From assembly GCA_036149055.1 (NCBI GenBank), contig JAYZQJ010000004.1, positions 1-64,000 on the forward strand: a stretch of DNA of 64,000 bases, given 5' to 3'. Of the stretch, positions 47,242 to 54,711 are shown piece after piece; within the stretch, counting starts at the first letter, position 1; the number at the start of each line of letters is the position of its first letter. The notes beneath the pieces were generated by a model that saw only the letters and a program-made list of their open reading frames with translations, was not told where the DNA came from and did no database searches. Source of the DNA: Myxococcota bacterium (GTDB taxonomy: Bacteria; Myxococcota_A; Polyangia; Polyangiales; Sandaracinaceae). The position numbers were made by a program, and so were the translations under genes.

Positions 47242-48144
47242 GTCGTCAATCGATCACAATCACTGCGGCCGTGTACTAGGCCGCGCGGACTACGGGCGCT
47301 TGCCGCCGCGGGCTCCCGCCGCCGCCGTTCGCTGCCGCTGCCGCCGTTCGCTGCCGCTGCCGCCGCTCGCTGCCGCCGCTCGCTCCCGCTACAAGCATCC
47401 GCAACCCGACTCGGAGTCGGAGCGGCCACTCGGAGCCGCAGTCGCCACTCGCAGCCGCCACTCGCAGCCGCCGCGGCGTCGACGCATCTCTGCCGAATCG
47501 AGCTCTGCCGCATCGAATGGGGCTTGCGCTCTCTCGAAACGGCAGAGCTCGTGACTCGCGCCGTCCCGGCCCGCCGCGATCGCGGACGGGAGGCGCCTCG
47601 CCCACTTCTCGAAGCGGCGGTCCAGAGCGCTTGCGCTTCTCGTGGCTGGCGCGAGGTCGACGAGCCGTTGATCGAGGCCCGAAAGGAGCGATCCGGCGCC
47701 GAGTCCGAGTCCGGACCGAGCGGGCGTCCGATCCGCACGTGGTCGCCCCTCGCCCCGCGGCGGCTTGCTACCGCCATTCGCCGCCGCTCGCTGCCGAATC
47801 GAGCTCTGCCGAATCGAGCTCTGCCTAATCGAACGGGGCTTGCTCTCTCTCGAAACGGCAGAGCTCGCGCGTGCGATCGCCCGATCCGAATCGGAGCCCG
47901 ATCCGCACCCGGTCGCCCCTCGCATGCGCGCGCCGCCGCCGCTCGGTACCGTAGCCGTCGCCCGGCACCAGTGCCGCCGTTCGGTACCGCGGCCGCCGCT
48001 GACCACCGTCCTCGAGACCGCCGCCAGGCCCCCGCCTCTGCCGTCGCGCGCGCTGGTTCCGCCCGCCGCTCGCTGCCCCGGGCGCAGGTTGCTCCCAGGC
48101 CGCCTCCCTCGCCGGCCCCAGATCGGCTCACCGGCGACGCCGGG

Positions 48145-48855
48145 TCAGGCGGCGCGGCGGGCCGCGGGACCGGGGCGACGACCCGGGTCGATCCGGCCTC
48201 CGGCGCGACGCCAGCCGACGGACAGGAGCCACGTCTCCGCGCGCTCGGCGGGGGAGGCGCGGGAGGGCAACATCGAGGGCGTAGTACGCACCGCACGCGT
48301 CCAGCCGTCGAAGAAGAGCCCCGAGCTGAGCGGGTCCACCCAGGTGGGATCGGCGGCGGCGACCCCGTGGCGGCGGGCGTTGCCGAGCACGTAGGCGATC
48401 GCATTCCGGACGGCCCGGGGCGTGGTGAGCGCGCGGCTGTGGTAGCGGTCGGCGAAGACGGTGCCCTTGCGACCCATCACCCGGTTGATCATGCGCGCGA
48501 TGCGCACGCTCAACCCCTGCATGCCGCGCGCGAGGAGCTCCGCGTCCTCCGCCTCGACCAGGAGATGAACGTGATTCCGCTGGATGGAGAAGTGCACGAT
48601 GCGCATCCCGCCGCGGGCGTTCGCCTTCGCGATGATCTCCCACAGCCGCGTCGACAGCCGCCGGCCGCGCAGGCCCCAGATGCCGCGCATGACCTTCGAC
48701 GTGACCAGCACCGGGTGCCGCGCCGCGAAGCGCTCCCGCGTGGTGTGAGGGACGCCCGCCTTCTCTCCCTTGGGCTTGCGCCCGGCGCCCTTCCGCGCGC
48801 CGCCGTGCCTGAACAACAGGAGCGTGCCTTGCTCTGACTTCCTCTTCTTGCGCAT
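48145..48855 (-). CDS. REP-associated tyrosine transposase (RAYT / TnpA-REP, Y1 HUH endonuclease)
   Basis: HUH motif SIQRNHVHLLVE; G.VF.DRYH; AIAYVLGN..RHG catalytic Tyr; DP.SS; basic HGGARKGAGRKP N-terminus; palindromic repeats on both sides. Confidence 0.85.
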   Translation of the reverse strand: MRKKRKSEQGTLLLFRHGGARKGAGRKPKGEKAGVPHTTRERFAARHPVLVTSKVMRGIWGLRGRRLSTRLWEIIAKANARGGMRIVHFSIQRNHVHLLVEAEDAELLARGMQGLSVRIARMINRVMGRKGTVFADRYHSRALTTPRAVRNAIAYVLGNARRHGVAAADPTWVDPLSSGLFFDGWTRAVRTTPSMLPSRASPAERAETWLLSVGWRRAGGRIDPGRRPGPAARRAA

Positions 48856-48913
48856 GCCCGCACGGACGGGGAGCGCTCGGCGCGACTGACGGAAATCGCA
48901 AGAAAAGATGCGG

Positions 48914-49200
48914 GAGCTCGATTCGGCAGAGACCGCCGCAGCCTCCAACGGGAAGCTCTGCCGATTCATCTGAGCGCGATTCGGCCCAGATCGACCGGGG
49001 GGGTCGAGCCCGGAAACTCTGCTGAATCATCCTCGACGGCGGAGAGCCGGCCGCAGATCTCGATTCAGCAGAGATCCCCGGAGCACGCTGAGCTCGACAG
49101 GCTCGGTACGGAGCATCCCGCTCTCGGCCGCGTGGGATGATTCGGCAGAGATGCCCCGCGGTCCCAGCGCCGAGCTGGGGCTCGAATCGGCGGAGATCCG
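48914..49200. repeat. REP-like repeats right of (upstream of) the RAYT
   Basis: GATTCGGCAGAG exact at 48920 and 49139; variants at 48956, 48978, 49017, 49062, 49184. Confidence 0.85.
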
Positions 49201-49246
49201 CGTCCGGGGACGCGTCATTCCCCTGGGGTGACTACGTGTCCTGGAT

Positions 49247-50203
49247 GTGAAGGGCGCGCCTCGTACGGTTCTCGTGACCGGCGCCAGCACCGGGCTGGGG
49301 CTCGCGATCGCGCGGCGGCTGCTCGAGACGCGGCATCGGCTGATCCTGACCGCGCGCCCGGCTTCGCTGAGGCGCTTCGAGGCCGCGGGCGTGACCGAGT
49401 CCGAGCGGGTCCACGTGCGGGCGCTCGACGTGACCGACCCGGGCATGCGGCACCGGGTGATCGCCGAGGCGTACCACCGCTGGGGAGGCGTCGACGTGCT
49501 GATCAACAACGCCGGGGTCGCCTACCGGGCGGTGGTCGAGCACGTGGTCGAGGACGAGCGGCGCGAGCAGATGAGCGTGAACTTCAACGCGCCGATGGAG
49601 CTGGCGCGCCTGGTCCTGCCCGGGATGCGGGAGCGGCGCCGGGGACACATCCTCACCGTCAGCTCGGTCGGCGGCATGATGGCGATGCCGACGATGGCCG
49701 TGTACAGCGCGTCGAAGTTCGCGCTGGAGGGGGCCTGCGAGGCGCTCTGGTACGAGATCCGCCCGTGGAACGTGCGGGTCAGCCTGATCGAGCCGGGCTT
49801 CATCCGCTCTTCGTCGTTCGAGCGGGTCCGCTACACGCCGATGAGCCGGCGCTCCGAGGACGAGTCCGAGGAGCCGTACCACGCCCACTACGAGCACATG
49901 GGCCCGTTCATCGCCCGGATGATGCAGGGCTGGCTCGCGACCCCCGAGGAGAAGGTGGCCCGGGCGGTGGTGCGCACGATGCACCGCGCCGACCCCCCGC
50001 TCCGGGTGCTCGCCACCCTGGACGCGCGCCTCTTCGACGCGATGCGCCGCCTCCTCCCGCGGCGCCTCTATCACTGGCTCCTCTACCGCTCCTTACCCTC
50101 GATTTCGGACTGGGGTTCGCGGCCTCCCCCGGATTTTTCCGCTCGCCCCTTGCCCGAGCCCCCAAAAAGCCTCACAAAACCGAGTCCGGGCCAGGTCTCG
50201 TGA
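49247..50203 (+). CDS. Short-chain dehydrogenase/reductase
   Basis: TGASTGLG, NNAG, SSVGG, YSASK, EPG. Confidence 0.92.
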   Translation: MKGAPRTVLVTGASTGLGLAIARRLLETRHRLILTARPASLRRFEAAGVTESERVHVRALDVTDPGMRHRVIAEAYHRWGGVDVLINNAGVAYRAVVEHVVEDERREQMSVNFNAPMELARLVLPGMRERRRGHILTVSSVGGMMAMPTMAVYSASKFALEGACEALWYEIRPWNVRVSLIEPGFIRSSSFERVRYTPMSRRSEDESEEPYHAHYEHMGPFIARMMQGWLATPEEKVARAVVRTMHRADPPLRVLATLDARLFDAMRRLLPRRLYHWLLYRSLPSISDWGSRPPPDFSARPLPEPPKSLTKPSPGQVS

Positions 50204-50393
50204 GCTTTCTACGGCTTCGGCTTGCAAGCTCGAGTCCCGGCCTCAAGATCCGGCGTACCGCGCGACCGGAGCCCTGCGCCTGCGCAGGCTCCCGGGGGGA
50301 GGCAGCGTGGTCCGGGACGGGTGACACCCGACTCGACCTGGGCAGACACGAACGAACACCTCACTCCTCGCCGCGCACCCCCGAAACGATCCC

Positions 50394-51746
50394 ATGAAGA
50401 AGACGACTGCCACTGCCGAGCGCCGGCCGCGCGCTCGCACGGGCCGCAGCACCCGTGACCCCTTCGACCTCTACCTCGCCGGGCTGGGCGAGCTTCAGCC
50501 GCCGCTCGATCGCGCGGGTGAGGTCGCGGCCGCCACGCGCATCGAGGAGGCCGAGCGCGACTGCCTGGACTGCATCCTCGACAACGGCATCACCCTGCAG
50601 GAGCTCGCCACCTGGCAGCGCCGCTTCGAGGCCGAGGAGATCGACGTCCTCGGGGTCGCGCACCTGGGCCGCTACGAGGGGCCCGAGGGTCGCGAGGAGC
50701 TGAGCAAGAACCTCGAGAAGGCCGCCAAGATCGAGGCCCGCCTCGAGAAGATGTCGGGCTCCAAGCGGGGCACCGCGGCCGAGCGCCGCGTGCGTCGTGA
50801 CCGCGCCTGGGAGCAGCGGGGCAAGGCGGTCCGCCACCTCGGGCTGCACCGCGAGCGCATCCAGGACGTGGTCGCCCGCGTGCACCGCGAGCTGCGCGCC
50901 TTCGCCGCCGCCGACGGCCGCGAGGACGACCAGGCCATCGAGATCATCCGCCGCGCCGAGGACCGCCTCGGTCGCCGCCGCCCCGTGCTGCGTCGGCTGT
51001 GGCCGGAGCTCGACGCGAAGCGCCGCCGCCTCGAGGCGCGCCGCAACGCGCTCGCCGAGGCGAACCTCCGCCTCGTGGTGATGCTCGCCAAGGCCTACCG
51101 CGGCTCGGGCGTGCCGTTCCCGGACCTCGTCCAGGAGGGCAACCTCGGCCTCATGCGCGCGGTCGACAAGTTCGACCACCGCGTGGGGACTCGCTTCAGC
51201 ACCTACGCCACCTGGTGGATCCGGCAGAGCATCGCCCGCGAGGTGACGCGCCACGCCGAGACCGTCCGCGTGCCGTTCGGCATGACCGAGAAGCGCAAGC
51301 GGCTCCGCCGCGCCGAGCGCCAGCTCACCCAGCGCTTCGGGCGCGCGCCGACCGAGAAGGAGCTCGCCGAGGAGGTGGGCATGACGGTGGACAAGGTCCG
51401 CCGCTCGCTCGAGGCGACCACCCGCTCGGTCTCGATCCACGCCCCGATGGGTGAGGACGGGGACCGCAGCCTCGACGAGGTGCTCTGCGACGACGACGCC
51501 CAGCGCGTCGACGACGCGGTGATCGCCCGCGAGCGCGAGGGGACCGCCGAGCGGATCCTCTCGGTCCTCAGCGAGCGCGAGCAGTTCATCCTGCGCCGCC
51601 GCTTCGGGATGGACGGCAACAACGCCGACGGCCTCACGCTCCGCGAGATCGGCGAGGAGCTCAACCTCAGCCGCGAGCGGGTCCGCCAGCTCGAGGCGAT
51701 GGCCCTCGAGAAGCTCCGCGGCGCGCTGGCCCGCGAAGGCGCGTAA
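50394..51746 (+). CDS. RpoD/SigA-family sigma-70 factor lacking region 1.1 (group 2-like)
   Basis: DPFDLYL (region 1.2); ANLRLVV, DLVQEGNLGLMRAVDKFD, FSTYATWWIRQ; TLREIG..NLSRERVRQLE. Confidence 0.9.
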   Translation: MKKTTATAERRPRARTGRSTRDPFDLYLAGLGELQPPLDRAGEVAAATRIEEAERDCLDCILDNGITLQELATWQRRFEAEEIDVLGVAHLGRYEGPEGREELSKNLEKAAKIEARLEKMSGSKRGTAAERRVRRDRAWEQRGKAVRHLGLHRERIQDVVARVHRELRAFAAADGREDDQAIEIIRRAEDRLGRRRPVLRRLWPELDAKRRRLEARRNALAEANLRLVVMLAKAYRGSGVPFPDLVQEGNLGLMRAVDKFDHRVGTRFSTYATWWIRQSIAREVTRHAETVRVPFGMTEKRKRLRRAERQLTQRFGRAPTEKELAEEVGMTVDKVRRSLEATTRSVSIHAPMGEDGDRSLDEVLCDDDAQRVDDAVIAREREGTAERILSVLSEREQFILRRRFGMDGNNADGLTLREIGEELNLSRERVRQLEAMALEKLRGALAREGA

Positions 51747-51777
51747 CCGCCTACGCTCCCGAAACACCCGTCCGCAC

Positions 51778-51810
51778 CGACACCGCCGCCCCAACGGGTC
51801 GGCGGTGTCG
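51778..51810 (+). terminator. Stem-loop after the sigma gene
   Basis: CGACACCGCCG...CGGCGGTGTCG 11-bp stem; weak U tract. Confidence 0.55.
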
Positions 51811-51960
51811 CGCGTTCTACGCACCTGGTCCCCGGCAGGCCGCGAAACGTCCGAGGTATGGGGCTTGCACGCCTGTTCTTGCAGTCCTAACCCGAAACAG
51901 GCGCCGATTTCGTGCCCGCCCGCGATCGGTCCCGTAGATTGACGGCACGGGGGTATTTCG

Positions 51961-52344
51961 ATGACGACCTATCAGACACGAGAGCTGATCGCTTCGCACC
52001 ACGCGGAGCTCGACCGGCTCGCCATCGAGCTCCTCGAGCTCGGCAGTCGCGTGTCCTCGGACGAGCCGGACGTGAAGTCGCTCCGCGAGCGCGTGCGCGC
52101 CCTCGGGGCCCGGCTCCGCGCCCACCGCGCGGAGGAGTCCGCCGCCCTGCTCGCCGACGCCGGACGGGGCCGCGATCGCCTCGCCGCCCGCATGATGCGT
52201 CGCGCCGGCCCGGACGCGGTGGCCGAGATCGAGAAGGCGATCGCGCGCGCCGACGACGGGACTCCGCCGCTCGAGCTGGTGCGCGCCGCCCTCCAGGCCG
52301 CCCGGACCTGTCGCGCGAACCTCGACGCGCTCGCCCGGGACTGA
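51961..52344 (+). CDS. Small helical hypothetical protein (hemerythrin-like His pattern, weak)
   Basis: HHAEL, AHRAEE; helical composition. Confidence 0.55.
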   Translation: MTTYQTRELIASHHAELDRLAIELLELGSRVSSDEPDVKSLRERVRALGARLRAHRAEESAALLADAGRGRDRLAARMMRRAGPDAVAEIEKAIARADDGTPPLELVRAALQAARTCRANLDALARD

Positions 52345-52352
52345 GTTTTCTT

Positions 52353-52880
52353 GGAGGGTTTGGTGCAAACCCTCCCCCCATTGGGCAAAGCGCCAATGGG
52401 GCCCCCCTCCCGACTCCGTCGGCGCGTCGCGCTTCGCGCTCGCGCCGCGACCCCAGCGACGGGGCGCTGGGGGCCCTGCGGCTCGCGCTCGCGCTGCGCG
52501 CTCGCTGGCCGCCCGCTGCCGCGGGATCGACCACAGGAGGGGGTGGGGCGTCGGCTGACTTCGCTTCGCTCGTCGCCCGCCGGCTTCTCGGGTCAGTCGT
52601 CGCGGAAGCGGGCTTGGCCTCCCCCGGCGCCATTGCTTGCCGCCTCTCGCTGCACCGGCTCCGGACTCCGGGGCCTCGCTCGGCCCCGACCCCAGCGACG
52701 GGGCGCTGGGGGCCCTGCGGCTCGCGCTCGCGCTGCGCGCTCGCTGGCCGCCCGCTGCCGCGGGATCGAACACAGGTGGGGTGGCGCGTGGGGCACTTCG
52801 CTTCGCTCGTCGCCTGCCGTCGTCTCGGGTCAGTGCCGTGGAAGCGGGCGGGGGTGCCTCGGCGCCATTGTTTGCCACAG
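52353..52880 (+). repeat. Multi-hairpin dispersed repeat, copy 2, with internal 239-bp-period duplication
   Basis: 52353-52474 matches the reverse complement of 1-122; 52448-52530 is identical to 52687-52769, followed by diverged similarity. Confidence 0.9.
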
Positions 52881-52959
52881 CTCGAGTCTCCCGCCGGGAT
52901 CGGGCGCGCGTCCGCGTCCGCGGGCAGTGAGGCGCGATTCCGCGCTTACCTCCTGGGGC

Positions 52960-53946
52960 ATGAGAGTGTGCCCCCGATGCGGTTTCTCCGAAGCGTCCAG
53001 CCCGCGGCTGGTCTGCTTGCTCTGCGGCGCGGCGATGGAGGAGGAGCGGGAGCAGTGGGCCGGGACCGTCCTCGAGGACCGCTACCGGCTCGACGATCTC
53101 CTCGGCTCGGGCGGCATGGCCCGGGTGCACCGCGGCCTGGACCTCCAGTCGGGGCGGGTGGTCGCGATCAAGGTGCTCCGCCGCGAGCTGACCTACGACG
53201 CGACCTGGATCGAGCGCATGCGGCGCGAGGCCCGGGCGGCGGCCGCGTCGCGGCACCCGAACATCGTCGAGATCTTCGCCTTCGGTCAGACCCCCGACGG
53301 CGCGCCCTACATCGTGATGGAGCTGCTCGACGGAAAGCCGCTCCACCGCATCCTGGCCGAGTGCGGTCGGGTGCCGTGCGCCATCGCGACCCCGATCGCC
53401 GCGCAGATCGCCGAGGCGCTCGCCTGCACCCACCGGCTGGGCATCGCCCACCGCGACCTCAAGCCCGAGAACGTCTTCGTCCGGTGGGACCAGCACGGGG
53501 CGCCGCACGTGACCCTCGTCGACTTCGGGCTCTCGCGCATCCCCGAGGACACCCGGCTCACCGAGCCCGGCCAGGTCGTCGGCACCCCGCAGTACATGGC
53601 GCCCGAGCGCGCCTGGCACTTCGAGGCCGGCACCGCCGCCGACCTCTACTCCCTCGGCGTGGTGCTCTTCGAGATGGTCACCGGCCAGCTCCCGCTCCCG
53701 GCCGGCAGCCCCGCCGCGGTGGTGATGCGAGCGATGCACGAGGAGGCGCCCCACGCCCGCACGCTCCGGGCCGACATCCCGGCCGAGCTCGACCTGCTCA
53801 TCTCCCGCCTGCTCGAGCGGAACCCCGAGGATCGGCCGCCGACCGCCTCCGAGGTGGCCACCCGCCTCTGGAACATCGCCCGCCGCGAGCAGCTCATCGA
53901 GGCCGACAAAAACCAGGTCATTGCTCAAAAGACGGTTGACAGGTAA
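52960..53946 (+). CDS. Ser/Thr protein kinase with N-terminal zinc ribbon
   Basis: CPRC..CLLC; LGSGGMARV, VAIK, HRDLKPEN, DFG, GTPQYMAPE. Confidence 0.92.
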   Translation: MRVCPRCGFSEASSPRLVCLLCGAAMEEEREQWAGTVLEDRYRLDDLLGSGGMARVHRGLDLQSGRVVAIKVLRRELTYDATWIERMRREARAAAASRHPNIVEIFAFGQTPDGAPYIVMELLDGKPLHRILAECGRVPCAIATPIAAQIAEALACTHRLGIAHRDLKPENVFVRWDQHGAPHVTLVDFGLSRIPEDTRLTEPGQVVGTPQYMAPERAWHFEAGTAADLYSLGVVLFEMVTGQLPLPAGSPAAVVMRAMHEEAPHARTLRADIPAELDLLISRLLERNPEDRPPTASEVATRLWNIARREQLIEADKNQVIAQKTVDR

Positions 53947-53963
53947 TAAGTCCGATGTAAAAG
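53936..53963 (+). promoter_or_regulatory. Putative sigma70 promoter of the GntR operon
   Basis: TTGACA-N16-TAAAAG in an AT-rich patch, 7 nt before the GTG. Confidence 0.6.
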
Positions 53964-53970
53964 AAGCCCG

Positions 53971-54711
53971 GTGGCGGAGGGACGAAAGGCGGACCGGGTC
54001 GCGGACGATCTGCTGCGCAGCATCGTTCGCGGTGAGGTCGAGGTCGGCTCGCTCCTGCCCAAGGAGGCGGAGCTCGCCGAGCGCTACGGGGTGAACCGCT
54101 CGGTCGTCCGTGAGGCGATCAAGCTGCTCGAGGTCCACCGCCTCGTGCGCCCGATCCGGCGGCGCGGCACCGAGGTGCTCGATCCGATGCGGTCGGTCAG
54201 CCCCGAGGTGCTGCGGGCGATGATGACCCCGGCCTCGGGCCGGGTGGACCGCGAGGTCTTCCGCGACTTCCTCGAGATCCGGGCGTCGCTCGACGTGCAG
54301 ATGAGCACCCTGGCCGCGGCGCGGCGCACCGACGAGGACGTGGCGATCCTCGAGGGCCACCTCGCCCGGCTGAAGGACGCGCTGCACGACCGGGCTCGCT
54401 ACGACGTGTGCTCGGAGGCGCTGACCCGCGCGGTGGCCCGGGCGACCCACAACCGCATCTTCGAGATGCTGGTGTGGTGGAACCAGGAGGTCGCGCGCGA
54501 CCTCGGCGACATCTTCAGGACGGTGCGGCCGGCCAACGAGCCGCACCTCGCGGGGCTCTCGCTCCTCGTCGGGCTCATCCGGGACGGCGAGGTGGAGCAG
54601 GTGCGCACGCTCGTGGAGGCCTTCCACGACTGGGCCACCCCGAGGCTCCTGGCGGCCGCGGCGCTGTCCACCGGCGCGCCGCTCAGCGCAGTGATGGAGG
54701 GGATCACGTGA
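53971..54711 (+). CDS. GntR/FadR family transcriptional regulator
   Basis: LP.E.ELA..YGVNRSVVREA...L; FCD domain E.R..L, THN. Confidence 0.9.
   Translation: MAEGRKADRVADDLLRSIVRGEVEVGSLLPKEAELAERYGVNRSVVREAIKLLEVHRLVRPIRRRGTEVLDPMRSVSPEVLRAMMTPASGRVDREVFRDFLEIRASLDVQMSTLAAARRTDEDVAILEGHLARLKDALHDRARYDVCSEALTRAVARATHNRIFEMLVWWNQEVARDLGDIFRTVRPANEPHLAGLSLLVGLIRDGEVEQVRTLVEAFHDWATPRLLAAAALSTGAPLSAVMEGIT

Larger units (their letters stand above)
46827..47278 (-). mobile_element. IS630-family remnant: one terminus, passenger HTH gene and 5' stub of the transposase
   Basis: Stub MNVRYVVEL..ERAEL...RKVKRAQVLLA; terminus ...CAATCACTGCGGCCGTGTAC-TA(G); lower GC than the flanks. Confidence 0.75.
45896..48140 (+). 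repeat. REP/BIME-like mosaic repeat array, left of the RAYT
   Basis: CTCTGCCGAATC exact at 45899, 45960, 46166, 46448, 46463, 46706, 47488, 47804 and variants at 46721, 47503, 47789, 47819; six hairpin units; degenerate repeated linkers. Confidence 0.9.

Noticed and set aside
45896..48140. CRISPR array interpretation of the repeat island
   Set aside because: Unit spacing is irregular (about 200-780 nt), linkers are mutually similar, repeats are degenerate, and no cas genes are present.
45852..48837. Long ORFs across the repeat island (e.g. 45852-46772, 47130-48404, 47524-48837)
   Set aside because: Translations are repeat-derived (ISAESS, Arg/Ala-rich) and reflect stop-codon scarcity in high-GC DNA.
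48145..48969. IS200/IS605 element with tnpB, and the longer 274-aa start
   Set aside because: No tnpB is adjacent and the flanks are multi-copy palindromes; the upstream extension runs through repeats, so ATG 48855 is preferred.
49212..49232. CGTC-type REP (CGTCATTCCCCTGGGG)
   Set aside because: Single short occurrence without the full hairpin.
51817..54627. Long ORFs over the 52.3-52.9 kb repeats, including the N-terminal extension of the kinase ORF from 52351
   Set aside because: Shadow or repeat-derived; the kinase plausibly starts at ATG 52960.
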